From contig JBEUKZ010000096.1 in the NCBI GenBank assembly GCA_048128005.1, positions 62,001 to 126,000 on the forward strand: a stretch of DNA of 64,000 bases. The letters run 5' to 3'. A model generated the notes under the pieces. It was not told the DNA's origin and ran no database searches. It was given only the letters and a program-made list of their open reading frames with translations. Made by a program: the position numbers and the translations under genes. This DNA is from Veleropilina oligotropha. Lineage: Eukaryota. This document shows, piece by piece, positions 9,084 through 24,200 of the stretch; positions within the stretch are counted from its first letter, which is position 1; every line of letters starts with the position of its first letter.

Positions 9084-9274
9084 CTGCCAATCACATCATC
9101 GGGTCGGTCACTAAGGCGTGCAAGTCGATGACCCGCTTGAATCTCTCCAGGACGGGGATCTCGGCAAAGGGGATCCGACAGCTCGCGGAGACGATGTCCA
9201 CTAGCTTCTTCCCATTGACGCTACAAGAACTGGACCTGTCCAACAACAGCATCCGTGGAGAGGATAATATGACT
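9084..9274 (+). CDS. CARMIL: CARMIL exon (LRR): [29 protein letters not shown]...[18 protein letters not shown]
   Basis: ttttcag| ... |gtaaga; phase 1 to 0; LRR consensus. Confidence 0.92.
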
Positions 9275-12200
9275 GTAAGAGACCTATTGATGATCATTTA
9301 AAACATCTGAAAAGAGTTCTTGTGGGCTCTCTACAGTCCACAGTTTAAAATGACAGAATCTGTTTCAAATTTGATATGAACAATAATTAAGATGAGGGCA
9401 AGATCATGAATGGTTTTTATCATGGTCCACCCATTTCTACATTCATGATGGCTGCTATGTGAAGGGATAGAGCCTACATCCCTTCAAATTATTGGCTCTA
9501 TATATGTATATATGCATAATAAATGAATTACTTTTAGCTAAATTTGAAGTCAATTATCAATACTAAAAATGTAGACAAATGTCTTTTTTTTACATTGTGT
9601 CATATTTATCTCCCCTCTGTTCAGGTCCTGTACTCATACCTGGCTCAGCCCAGCTGCATCACCCATCTCAACATGTCGGGCATGGACTGCAGTCTGGATA
9701 TGGTAAGTGTAATGTTTACATACAGAATGCTGGATGTAAGAAGCCCTGCTCTGCATAGTTATTTCCCTCGCACTGTTAATATAGACAGTAGGAGTGCGTT
9801 GTAAAACGCCAAGCGATTAAAGCACATTGTCTTTATACAATGACCCGCTGAAGTTCAGCCGATTGCAATCGCTTGTTAGCCCTCTAGTGAGATACTTATT
9901 TTACGTTTGCAAGATGGCCGCCTCTATCGGTCTCTGAAGCGAGTACTATAATAAACATGTAAATTTCTATTGAAGCAACTGTTGACAGCGCGAAACATTG
10001 TCATATATTGATTTTAGTAAATAAAAATTAAAACAATTATTAAGAAACAATAAATTATTTTCATAAAATATAAATTAATTTATTTTCATTCTGCTCCTGA
10101 TATAATTTTATCTTGTCCTATATAACTAGTACAGTGTATCATACCTTATCCTGTGTGAATAATTGTCAAAGTTTCTTATTACAAATAAATAGTTTATTCA
10201 TAAAATCGGAATGTTTAACCACCATTTTGTAAGCGATTACATGTCGTTGTAATTTATTTATGGCTATGTCAGTGCTAATTAAGCGATTGTCAGTTTACAA
10301 CGCACCCTAGGTCTTCTGGGCAATCTAAGGTAATGGACAACACCTGTACAGTAAGGCTAGGCATATATCCCCTCAGTAATAATTTAGTTTTAGTTGATGC
10401 TATCCTGTATTTAACATCATTCAGGTTTATATCAGGACTTTTCCATATTATCGAGAGACGAACGCCTGGTCACCATGGAAAACTCGGTTTCTCCGACCGG
10501 TGATGGACAAATGTGACTGGAATTAAATTGAACAAAGCGTGCTATGCCATTGATCCAACAGAGGTCCGAACACAATCCTGTTTGACAGAGTATACATAGT
10601 CAACCGAGTGAATTCAGAGCGATCTAATAAATTTAATTTTATTTATCGACTTTATTAGAACTTTTGTCAAAAAAATGTTATTTTAATTTCCAAATGCAGA
10701 AATGAATGTTGAGAGATTGTATCTATTTTACAGCTGTATTGATGTTTTGCAGCAATATTGCTAAACATCGCAACCAAGTTTTTTATTTGTAGTCAATGGA
10801 AAAATACGATTAAACTATTAGGTAAACAATAATTAACATGCATGATTGCATATTAAATTGTATCAATGTAGATCTATGTATAAATATATTGTGTTTCAGC
10901 TGTGCGCATCACTTCAGAGAGGTTGCTGTAAAAACATCGTCCATTTGAATCTTGCTCATAATGTGTTCAGCAGCAAAAAGCGTGATGTGCCCATACCGAT
11001 GTCGTGGAAACAGTTCTTCTCCAGTGTTTGCAACTTGAAACATCTGGATCTCAGCGGGAACAAACTTCCCCCAGACGCAGTCAAGTATGTGGAACAAAAT
11101 GTAGAATTGATTGCTTACTTTAGAACTTGTTTTGAAAGGTTTTACTGCTTGTCGACTACACAGATAGTAGTCGGGATCACGTCATGATCTTGATTGCCAT
11201 TGGCAGCGCTCATGAAGCAGGCAATTGTAGATGATGGGCAGCTGATATCCCTGGTCATGGTTCATGTCATGGTAGGTTTATATTATAGAATGTAGATGGC
11301 CTCTTTGACTTTTTGTTTTTGTCTAGTCATGATCGGGCTCTCGGGTAAGGATTGAGTGGTTAGATAGTAACACTGCGTTTCTGGTGGTTTTGTATTGAGC
11401 ACTTGCACCCGTGAGCTTGTTGAGGTTGGTGTGTTCTTTAAAGCAAGTGGCTTAGTCGCTTGGTTTCCCCAATATCAGTGAATCACTTGGGTCCGCAGGA
11501 TGAAGGTGATCTGTGTACTAATTCAAAGAATGTATCCTCCACATAAGCTAAAGTGAAAGGGGTTGTGGGGCTGTTGATACAGAGAGCTCTTTGGTTTCAA
11601 AATTCACCTTTTATATATCTCTGACAATGGGAGTGCTTCATATATATATCGTTCATTTTACGCAAAACATATTTAACGAGTCAGCCCCAAAGTAAGTCAA
11701 ATATAAAGAAGAAGTATCTGGAAAACAAGTACAATTCTGAGATTGGTTATCACAATATGTGAGCCATTACAGATCCGCAAGGTGTTCAAAGGTAGACATG
11801 AAGCAAATAATAAACATGAAATTATTAATCTTTGGTACATTTCACAAATATATTTCATTAATTATGGTAACTTTGTCTTGTTCTTCATCCACAAATTGGC
11901 ATCCTGATGTCAGTTCCTGCATTCACAGCGCAGTTGTCCATACCTGGCCGGAGAATGTGATTTTCCCCAGGCAACCGCGCTTTCTTTACACTGCAATATG
12001 GACATGTCCTTGTATGTACCAAGCATCGACCTTAAGCATGTATCCAAACCAAACCAGTTCCCGCATGAACACTTGATCTGTTTATCTCCACAGGGATCTT
12101 CTGCTCGGCATTGGCTCCAACAGCAACTTGAAAAACCTGCATCTGGATCTGAGCAGCAACGATCTCGGGAAGCCGGGTGCCAGCATGATACAGAGCTGCA

Positions 12201-15200
12201 TCGCAATGATCCCCAACATCTCCAGCCTGGACATCAGCAATAACGGTAAGCAGGGCTGGACAAATCTCAAAATTTTACACTAGCCCAAGGGCTAGTTAAA
12301 TTCCAATTTTCACTAGCCCTGCACTATTTTATACTAGCCCGAATTTTATGAGACAAAAAACGATTCAAATGTGTATATTATACAGAACAAGAGCAATATA
12401 TTAAATCAACAAAAGCAATATAGTTAAACAAATAGCAAAAAATATTAAATACTTAGTCTAGTATTTAAAATCGTTGTAGTGATATGTTTCATATGGTTTT
12501 AAGTAGATTATCATTCAACAAGACAATATTGACATTGGAAAACAGGCCTTGAAATTTCAAATTCTGCGTAACCAGTTGATCGTTCATGCCATTTTCTCCT
12601 GCGTAGCCCATCGTTCCATTATGCAAACATATTTTGCGTAACCCATTTTGTTATTGCTATACAGTTGTATTGTATATTGTATTAAAGGCGGCGGTCACTA
12701 TTATCTCGTGTAATTATGCGATTTTGTGAAAAAACTTTCAGCATAAATATATTTTTCTTTAATGTACACTCACATTTGTCATTTCTCATGACAAATGTAC
12801 CATGCTTTATAAACACGAATGGATGGAGAGGCGTGTTCAATTTATTTGTGTAGATATAGCATTACCGAGGCTCTGTTATAAATGATCACTTTATACATAA
12901 ATAATGTCTTTTGGCGCTTATCTAGTATTTTTTATAAACATTTAATCAAAAATGTGTCGTGACCAACTAATTTGTCATTTGCGGCACGTGATAAGTTACT
13001 GTTTCATGTTCCTTCGATGTATCGACACAATACAGAAGGGAGATAATTTTGAACTGCCACCAGGGGGCAGACATGAAAATAACTGACAGCTGACAGGATT
13101 TCCCAGTCTCTGCAGAAATGGTTTCACTTTACAAACACGCGATTTGTTAACACATTTTATCAGATGCCACAGGAGAGGTTTATTGATAAATAAGCAGATA
13201 GGTACTACTCTAGAATTGATTAAATAGCATACATTTACCTTCATGTATAGTTAGGAATGTTCGTTAAAAGGGGAATTTACTAAATTTATCAAGCTTATTT
13301 TGAGGTTTAATTAAAGTATATAAACGTATATTTTTCGCGCAAACGGATTTCCGTTCACGGGTATTTTGTTTTGCGTAACCGGTACGCGAATGAAACGATC
13401 GTTCTCGCCAATTTTCAAGGCCTGGGAAAATAACTATTAGCGCTGCAGTGAGGTAAATATATTAAACCAATGACGCATGATGATCTGCATGTATATAATA
13501 TGATGCTATTGCATTTCATGAGATTTTGGTAATTTTAAGGAATTTCCAAGTAATTTCATCATTTCTTTTTAATTGTTGATTTTATTTATTTTCTGTATTG
13601 TATTTAAAATATATAGCAGAAAATTAAAAATTATGCGCAAATGTTAACTTTTGTTTGTGCACAGTCATCAAACACATTCAAAAGAAAAATACATTATGTT
13701 AGAATTTTATAAATAAATTCACATTTTATATCAGCATTGATTAGTTTGAAATAACTTGTTCAATGTTGCAATATATAAAAAAATATTAGTTTATGCACAT
13801 ACACTATAATAAATTCCCCATAAGTGTACTAGTATTTCTTCTAATACTAGTATGCCAGTAATCCTTGTTTTGATTGGCACATGATGAAGCCTCTATTAAG
13901 CCTATCTAAACAATACTGCCAATAAAACACGCATTACTTAATATAGGTCAATTGTGATGGGACCAGCCGTGCGTTCAGGATGAAAACGTTTTGTATCACA
14001 AACGTTTTGCGTTTAGCCGTTCAATTACAGAGCGCTTTCTAAAAGATTTTGCACACGGCGTGCAACCTTCGGAGGTTACACGCCGCGCGACCAAGATGGC
14101 GGACGAAAGTCTGATTGTGAATAAAGGACTGAAAGTCAAATTTATTTTGCGACATTGGATGCATTTGGGAGTCACAAACTATTAATCAGAGTCTTAATCG
14201 AAATATAGCTTATGGTGCTTTACCACTTGTTTATATGCTGTATTCGACAAATTCTAGCAAGGACGGATAACTACGCAATTCAGCGATATGCATTGGAATG
14301 GGGGCACTTGCAGTTTAGGGGTCCCCAGTATAGGGTTAGCTAACCCTGCTTACTAATACACTGACCCTAATGCCCATAGAATATACTCCTAAACCCTAAT
14401 GCCCATATTGTAAGGTAATGTCCATAAATCATGTCCAAATTGTATATTGATCAAGGGTATATGAACGAATACTACCTTAAACTGCAAACTACCCAACAAT
14501 TTTATATCGTATGTCGCTGTTATTTATTGTTGATAGTTGTACTAACAATCGGATTTTTACAAGAATGGTCAATGTTGCCGTTTTGAAGTACTATAATATT
14601 TTTATGTATTTAATCAAAATTTTGGTTATACGGGACGAAAGTGTCAATATATAGCCTTCGTCAAGGATTGATGTGTCCTGTAGTGATAAACACGGACCAG
14701 CTCTAATAGCATGGAAGTTTCCTAATTGATGGATGGGCAGGCGTAAAGGTGTTATCATTAGCACATTCGTTGATCGATAAATCAAGTCGATAAAGTCGGC
14801 CATTTTGGAAAACGTTTTCAACACCAAAGGGCGTTTAACAAGCGTGCAAAGCGCTTTTGAAAAACTTTTTGCTGAAAAGTCGATCCTGAACACACGGCTG
14901 CATTCAGCAACCCAAGCTGGATTTAATCCCTTCATTCAGAAAGTAATAATTATGCCAGAAACAGCCCAATACAATTCTTCTGTTAAATTAGAAGTGCTTT
15001 TGTTTATATTACAAGCGACATTTCCGCAAATGGTGCGATAATTTGAGGGACTATTTGAAATCTATCAATGAATGTGAAAGTAGTTCCGAAATTACTACAC
15101 AAAAGCACATGGAGTTTTTGCATGTCAAAACAAAAGTTACTGTCAAACATTCGTCGAGTTCAACAAAGGAACACTTTGAGTGTTGTTTCTGGACTTTATG

Positions 15201-18200
15201 TCAATGAAAGTGGATTACCAAGGAAAGTAAAGACAATGAGCTTGATGTATGTTTATTAAAATAATATTTAACATTTGAAAGTTTATTGGCTCATGTTTAC
15301 CGACGATGTTAACATTGACTTTATGTGAGATTCTGACGAGTAGGCCCTATACTAATCTGTTATTCCCGTAGTTGGTCATTACCTTTGTGATTCATATTTC
15401 GTCAGTAATTTACTCCCGCTAAGGTATCACATCATGTGACATGTATGATAATTATTGCACTTGCAATATATTATTTATTTTTTGCTGCAAACAAACGTAC
15501 TAGCCCACAGGCTATCTCGATATATAAATATGCTAGCCCGACTCCATAATTTGCGATTTTTTACTAGCCCCGGGCATCGGGCTAGTGGATTTGTCCAGCC
15601 CTGTGGTAAGGTATCCATGGTAATCGACATTCCAACGGTCGACATCAGCAATAATGGTAAGGTGTCCGTGGTAACCAACATTCCCAGGCTGGACATCAGC
15701 AATAACGGTAAGATGTCCAAGGTAACCGACATTCCCAGCCTGGACATCAGCAATAAGTTAACGGTAAGGTATCCATGGTAACAGACATTCCCAGCCTGGA
15801 CATCAGCAATAACGGTAAGGTATCCATGGTAACAGACATTCCCAGCCTGGACATCAGCAATAACGGTAAGGTATCCATGGTAACAAACATTCCCAGCCTG
15901 GACATCAGCAATAACGGTATGGTATCCATGGTAACAGACATTCCCAGCCTGGACATCAGCAATAACGGTAAGGTATCCATGGTAACAGACATTCCCAGCC
16001 TGGACATCTGCAATAACGGTAAGGTATCCATGGTAACAGACATTCCCGCCTGGACATCAGCAATAATGGTAGGTATGGCTGCTCTACAACATATCTGCAA
16101 CAATTGTAGTAGTAGATTATACCCAATATCTCTTGTGTAGTCAACTGTTGCCACTTGTGTATAGTCAACAATATACCGTCCTCGATAGCTCAACTGGTTA
16201 GATCGTCGGAAAAACGTTACGTGGGACGGTAGGATGTGGATTCAAGCCCGCATCGACCTGGCTTATTCTAAGGCTTAAAACTAATTGATCAATGATGGCA
16301 TATCGCTAATGTATGTTTGTCAGATCGGAATGAGACCTTAAACCGGGTGTCCCGACCACGTTTAGGCTGAATAATTGCCAAACGGGTCGTAAAGAAACAA
16401 AGTTGACAACTCAACTGTAGTCAACAATAAAAGCATCAGCAATTGTAACACAGCCATAATGCCCAACATCTCCGTACTAGACAGTCACCCTGTGATGTAG
16501 TGGGTAGATCGTTACAGCTCCAAAATTATGCCATGACTGCTCTGATTATCATGAATGGGTTTGCATCCATGAGTGGTCGTCTGGACAGTTATCAGTCACG
16601 GTTGTCCATCACTGACCAGTGTGGGTAGATTTTCCCTGTGCGATCAGGCTATTCTCCCACGGTGATAAACTAATATCCTGCTATGACACAGAAGGCTGTT
16701 AAAATTGGAAAATAAGTATTGTTTAATTGTAATGTATTACAGTATATCATTCCCTCATTTGCATATTATGTAATAATGGTAATATAGCGATGTTAGATTG
16801 GAAGTTAAGATCAAGAATATGTATTGCTCAGAAACCAATTTTGTTGTAAAAACTGGGAAAAACATTAACGCCATCAATTCTGTTTGTTTTAATGTGAGTG
16901 AAAACTGCTGATTTAATAGTTGGGTTTGACCATTTTCAATGACCCTGTTTCTTCTTGGTCTGTAGTATTAATATCAGAATTAACCATGTTAATAAGTTAT
17001 TTTACTGTAGTGCTCACTTTGTAGCTTATCAGTGAAATATTGTTTACGTTCTTGCATGTTCGTTTTTCTCATTTCAGTATTAGCTCAAGATTTGAAGAGT
17101 GTCCTTGGATGGATCGCCCAGAACAAGCATATCAAGAAATTGTCAATCGGACGAAACTTCAGTACTATAAAACCCAAGTAAGTGGGACCATAATGCGCTG
17201 AATACTTTAGTGCTAATTGTCGACCAGGGAAATTTGGATTTAATACAAGACTTCTAAGGCGTTCTTTTGGTATGGGATCGTTAGTTTTAAGTCCACTTGA
17301 ACAAATCTATTAATTTAAGCAATAGAAAAAGCCACCGGCAAGTCTATATCTGTAAATCTACTCAGCGCCACCGGCCGCTTCATCAACGCAGTGGGTAGAG
17401 TGTCCACTCTAAATTCACTGGCTTGATTCCGCTAATGCGAACAGTAGTGGGTTCAATACCTGGCTGAGGCATTGGCCGAAGAGGGCGGGTTTACCCGGGC
17501 GACCGGGGTTTCCTCCCGCGATAACACGGACATGTCATGCCTTGAACCTCGATGTTGTAAATATACAGGACATTAAGCATCATTCCTCCCTCCCTCCCTC
17601 AGTGCCACCAGTTAAATGCATGTCTGGAGCGGTAACCATTCAACCACAGACTAGGGGCAGCCATATACCTTATGATAGAGATTTTGAGCACAGTGTGTTC
17701 TATAGAGCTTATATTTATTTTGTCAGTGTATTCTTTTCAGGCATCTCTTGGACGTTATCAACTCTATTGTGCAGTTAGTACAAGATGAAAATTCTGTAAG
17801 TAGAGTGAAATTCTGCATTTATATTTGAAGTAGTTGTCTATGTATGTGTATATAAAAACCCCAAATTGTCTATGTAATATATATATAAAACCCGAATATT
17901 GAAATGGAGATTGGGTAATAAGCAATGTCAGATTACAGTGATATGCTTATTTTGTGTTTATTTCCAATTATATTTGTATACGTTAACTATATACTGTCAT
18001 CTGTTTTCTATTAGCTCAGATAATTTATTCTCATCAATGTATGACCAAACACATAAAGTGGTACATCGTAACGATCGAAACAACCAAACTGGAAAACAAT
18101 ACGAATTTCTCCCCCATTTTCTCCACCTGCTGGCTAAATTTATTAATAAAAAATCTTGTTCCATAATTTACCATTGACCCCATCGACACATGTTCAATTT

Positions 18201-21200
18201 CGCGACGTCAGTTGATTTTATATATTGAACTCTTACACAGTCATCCAGATTAAGTTAATAGCTCTCAAATCATGAGAATTAAGAGAGACAAGGGGAAACA
18301 ATCCTGCCCGTCGTGTTACACAGAGAGAGCAAGAGAAATAGATTGCAATTATAAGTATTAGATGATAATTGAATTCTCCATGTACTGAAACATGTCGCTT
18401 TGAACTGCCATTATTACTAAGACAAAATAAAATTAATTGTGTGTTTCCCTATCTACCGTAATATTTTAGGCCCGACCCTAAAAAATTTTATTGGCATTTG
18501 TCATTTTTGGCGATCCTAAATTTTCATGCACATGCCTATCGCCGATCCGGTTTTTCGAACACCCAACTGCGGCAAATATTCTTTGTTATTATTTTTTTTA
18601 GGATATTTAATGTTTGAACATTTAAAATATTGAGACTATTTGACTGTTCTTATTTTCTTGACCCACTGTTAATTAAGTAATTATGATGCAGTTATTTTTT
18701 GGTTGAAATTTTAATATTCTTATATACTTATAACTCAATATCTCTCGCCATCTCAGTGTAATACAATGGGAGGTAACTCTAGTGTCTATGATATTTATAT
18801 AAAAATTAAACTGTATATATATACAATGAGCCTAATGTTCGTTTATATCAATTAGATTGATTTAAAAAAATTTCAAATAAAGTTTTTCCCTACCCAACTA
18901 CCCTATTTTTTTCAGTCCTGTTACCGGAAACGCATAATTAATTTTATTTGGCCTAATACTACTCTTAGACTATATATTAATTCACAGTTGATATAAAATT
19001 GTTTACTCTGTCCATCCAACGTCGAACTTTGCTGGTCTATATGCATGATCTTGAAAACATGATAAACAGTGGATGCCATTACCTGTCTGTTTGCTGCATT
19101 GTAACTTTTCCATTTCAGTCCATAGAAACACTATCGCTGGCCGATTCCAACTTGAAGGTCGACACTGCCATGTTTATCAACGCCCTTGGCAGCAATACTT
19201 CTCTAATAGAAGTGGATATTAGGTAAATCATAATGCTAAATGCAGAATGCCCGAGTATATTCTCATTTAAATAGACTAGTTTTATTTGGTAGATCCTGAC
19301 CTATGGAATCAATATAACAGATTATCACATGACAAATCTGTTATGGAGCGGTTGAAGCAGTTCCGTAAATTTCGATACAAAAAGACGTCTCATAAGTATG
19401 CAAATGAGGGCGAGCATGACGGCTGATCATCGCATCTGGCGCCAAGTTGATTAAGCGGCGCATCACCGTCATTAACATATTGAATAATTCATACGCGTTG
19501 ACCCGTCGATTACTGACGTTGAACTATTATTTATTGGCGTACTGGCGTGGCGCTTGCTTTCGAGGCGTGATGCGTCTGAGGCAATGGCAATTAATGGCTG
19601 AAAGTACTGACAGAAATTAGTTAAACTTGTGTCCATTTCATATGGGAATTATGAAACTCATCAGCAAATTTATGTACCTCGCCAAGGCTCGGTACATAAA
19701 TTGTGCCCGACTCGTTTCATAATTCTCATATGGAATGGACACTCGTTCGATATCCTCTATATACGCATCGCAGCGTCATATGAATGCTAGTGTCGTTATT
19801 TGTCATGATACGGAAACAACAAGCTTATCTTAATTTTGCGCTCACTCGCAGTGAAGTGCTGGCACATCCGAACATTTTTATCTTTATCTAATAAATGATG
19901 ACAGTAGATACAAATACTAGGGGGTTTTAGCAGAAATGTTAAATTATCGTTCCTTAGTAGTGATCAATTTGCATGTAATGGATTGTCATTGAGTATCGTA
20001 CTAAATATTCTTCAACAGCTGCAGATAGGTTCAGTTACATCATATGTCATGGTTCCCGAATCTGGAATCAGCTTCCAAATAGCATCAAAGCATCGTAAAC
20101 AATACCAGTTCATAAAAAGTTATAAAATTCACCTTAATAGAAATTATCACATGACAAAGCTGTTATGGAACGGTACAAGCCGTTCCATAAATTTCAATAC
20201 AAAAGACACGTCTCATAAGTATGCAAATGAGAGCGAATACATGATGGCCGATCATCGCATCTGGCGCCAAGTTGATTAGGAGGCGTATCACCCTCATTAA
20301 CAAATTGAATAATTCATACGCGTTGACTCGTCGATTACCGACGTTGAACTATTTTTTATTGGCGTACTGGCGTGGCGCGTGCTTTCGATGCGTGATGCGT
20401 CTGAGGCAATGGCAATTTATGGCTGAAAGTACTGACAGAAATTAGTTTTAAAACATAAAGAAATGCGTTTAAAAACGCAATAAAATAAGTTTAAAGGTAA
20501 ATAAAGTCATGTGATAAAGAAGATATGAAACTTGTGTCCATTTCATTAGAGAATTATGAAACTCGTCAGCAAATATATGTACCTCGCCAAGGCTCGGTAC
20601 ATAAATTGTGCCCGACTCGTTTCATAATTCTCATATGGAATGGACACTCGTTCGATATCCTCTATATACGTATAACTTCAATAAATTCCAATACTATAAA
20701 AATACTATCTAAGTCTGACTACTTGAAATTCATACATTTATAAATACTTTATCTACAAAACCACTTGGGGTGCCAATATAAGCTCGAAAGGGTTTCACGG
20801 TGTCCCAGCCATAACACTAAAAAAAAAAATACTTAAACAATGTTACTGAAATATTTTTACTTGTTAGCAAAACATTTATGCCAAGAAAAATGTATATTAT
20901 ATAGAGATCTCTACTATATTTCTATTGAAATTCTTGTAATATCATAGGTGTTCATCTCCCTAATATCGTGCGGGTCAGACCCGCATTTTTGACCCATGAC
21001 CCGCACACCCACAAGAGGCCTAGAATGACGCGCAAAACGAAAAATTGGAAAAAAATATGAATGATTCAGTCATAGAAATGATTAAAATCACTGACCATTT
21101 AAGTACTTTTTACTGTAATTCGCTTGAGTAATTAGGCATGATTACACTCAGTCCTGGAGAAGTGTTTGCATAGCACAGCACCAACTACGGTCAAGAAACA

Positions 21201-24200
21201 ACGGCATATCCTGTTCGCAATTAACACATCCCGCATATCATATGTCGACAAGTTCTGTGCTGTCTTGTTTATTCAAAGAACTATTACAAACTTCTGATTA
21301 CCTTGCATTGTATCTGGCCAGACCGTCACAGCTTTGAAAGAACTACATATAATTATTGGCCAGTAAGAGAAAGCTTCACGTTTAAATTCAAATCATAGCC
21401 GGCCATTGTCATATCGGGATAGTCTATATATCATTCAGACGGGGGTGTCTGAACGATTGTATATAATCATTCAGACGGGGGTGTCTGAACGATTGTATAT
21501 AATCATTCAGACGGGGGTGTCTGAACGATTGTATATAATCATTCAGACGGGGAGGTCTGAACGATTGTATATAATGGTAAATTAATGATTAAAGAATTCA
21601 ACATAATAGTAAAAATGCGTAATCAAGTGTCTTTGTTTAGTAAAATAAATCTGCATAATTATATCGTAACGATATTTGCAAGTTTAATAATGTAGGGAAG
21701 TTAGGCCTATTTGTTATAGCTATAACCTGTCCCCCCTAACTCGGGCTAGTCTATTACACGTTTTAATGATAATTATAAATAAGCATATTATTTATTTTTC
21801 TTATAGTCTACATTCATAATACTTAGTAAAATGCATAATAAATTTGAATATGACATGTGCCATGCAAAGAAAGAAAAGAAGTGAAATTGGAATCTCTTCT
21901 AAACGCACGTGGCTATAACAATTCAAGGGAGATAACTGTAAATGGCAATTTTTTGCAAGAGCTGTCAAATTTATTTCTTTTTGGCTCGCATGCAACGCAG
22001 ATGCGAGCCTATGTAATGATGATGTACGTCCGTCCGTCCGTCCAGCCGTCCGCAGTGAATGTTAAAGTTTTTCAATTATGCTATATAGACAATCCTGTGC
22101 TCTCTTTATCATAATTGTATTGTAGATATGTCTATTCCCCATGTTGCACAACACTACACTATTAATATTGAATGTAATTTAAATACAATTTTACTTTAAA
22201 ATGCTGCTTTTGGACTTGAGACATTTTAAATGTTAAAGTTTTTCAATAATACTATACATAGGCAAATATGTGCACTCTTTATCATCGTATTATTTGACAT
22301 AATGTCTACTGAAATATAGCCCTACACTATGACAGTAATATGGAATGTAATTTAAAACAAATTTTACTTCAAAAGTGATACTTGTGGACATAGAAATTAT
22401 TTTGTTAAAGTTTTTCAATGATGCTATATTAAATACCTGACATTGAAACTTTTTAGCATCATTGAACATTAGATATGTTTATTTCAACATCCCATGCCAC
22501 CAGAGCAGTATTATTTAAGGTAAATTAAATCTATTTTATCTCAAAAATAGAAATTACGTGAGATTTTAACTTGGGAAATTTTATAAAGTTAAATGTTGAA
22601 GTTTGTTTTATCAAGGTTACACTCTCTTCATGCTTTCTATGTATGGCTTGCATGCAAAGCAGATGCATGCCTATGTAATGATGATGTCCGTCCGTCTGTC
22701 TGTCTGGCTCTCCGCTGTGAATGTTAAATTTTTCAATCATGCTATATAGGCAACCATGTGCTCTCTTTGTAGTGTAGATATGTCTGTCTATTTCCATGTT
22801 GCACAACACTATAACAGTAATATTGAATGTAATTTAAATAAAATTTTACTTCAAATTGCTGCTTTTGGACTTAGAAATATTGAATGCTAAAGTTTTAAAT
22901 AATGCTTTTCAATATAGGCAAACATGTGCACTCTTTATCATCATTTTTATTCTTCTCCAATGCTACAAGACACTATAACACTAATATTGAATGTAATTTA
23001 AATCTAATTATACTTCAAAATGCTAGTTCTGCATTTAAAAATTATTTTGTTAAAGTTTTGGTCAAACTTTTCCGTTGATGCTATAATGTCTTTTTATCTT
23101 TAAATTTGTTTAACATAATAGTATGTGTGCTTAGTGCATGGCATGTGGTATACTGTAACTTGTCAAATAAAATGTTAACACAGTCATGTCTACGTCGCAA
23201 TTTTTATGCCCGCGCCGAAGCCGAAAGGGAATATTGTTTCTGTACCGTCCGGCATCAACAATTTGGTTAAAGTTGTTCGTTGAGTGTATATGGGTTTTTC
23301 AAGGGACTTTTTAGTGTATGTATGCTTTGTTATAGGTTATATGGATATCATCTGATACTCTGGCAATGATATTTAATACAATTTTATATAATTAATGAAA
23401 ATATGATGGTCTCTTTTGACATAGAAGTTTAGGTGAATTTTAGGTTAAAGTTTTTTGTGTCCGCTCTACAGTGAAAAGTTCTAATCCGATTTGATTCAAA
23501 TTCAATATGCAAGTTAGTTTTCATGTGTGTGTGCTCTACAGTGAAGAGTTCTATTCTGCTTTCATTCAAATTCGGTATGCACCTTCGTTATGATGTGGAC
23601 ACGCCGACTAACGATTATCGTCGTTTTCGGATTCAAGATGGCTGCCGTGGTGGCCATTTTGTTTCAAAGATATTTCTTGTATCCGTTCTACAGTGAAGAG
23701 TTCTATTCTGATTTGATTCAAAATCAGTATACACGTTCATTATGATGAGGACATGCCGTCTAACGATTTTCGTCGATTTTGCGTTCAATATGGCTGCCAT
23801 GGTGGCCATTTTGTTTTGAAGAAATTTCTTGTGTCTGTTCTACAGGGCCGCTTCGGTAGCGCAGTGGGTAGAGTGTCCACTCTAACTTCACTGGCTTGTT
23901 TCCGCTGACGCGAACAGTAGTGGGATCGACCCCCGGCTGAGGCAGCACACATTTGTTCAAGTTATGAAGCACAGTTGTCCGTGACTGGCCGAAGAGGGCG
24001 GGTTTACCCGGCGACCGGGGTTTCCTCCCGCGATAACACGGACATGTCCTGCCTTGAACCTCGCTGTTATAAATATACAGGACATTAAGCATAATTCCTC
24101 CTCCTCCTCCTGTTCTACAGTGAAGACTTCTATCCAGATTTGATTCAAATTCGGTATGCATGTTCATTATGATGAGGACACACCAACTAGCGATTTTGGG

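Larger units (their letters stand above)
12251..15603. mobile_element. Non-autonomous hAT-like TIR element (3.35 kb) inserted at +6 of a CARMIL intron
   Basis: TIR CAGGGCTGGACAAAT / ATTTGTCCAGCCCTG, subterminal CTAGCCC repeats at both ends, flanks (C/T)GGTAAG. Confidence 0.85.

Noticed and set aside
14591..15259. Transposase remnant inside the 12251-15603 element
   Set aside because: Short ORFs with no recognisable DDE, BED or hAT dimerisation motif.
15455..16193. Repetitive ORFs on both strands (e.g. 15775-16140, 15747-16193)
   Set aside because: By-products of the 51-bp minisatellite, not independent genes.
21431..21574. CRISPR-like 36-bp palindromic repeats
   Set aside because: The units are contiguous with no spacers, there are no cas genes, and the context is a eukaryotic intron.
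23846..23945. tRNA gene
   Set aside because: A and B boxes are present, but it continues into a SINE body with tail and TSD, and I could not fold a cloverleaf.
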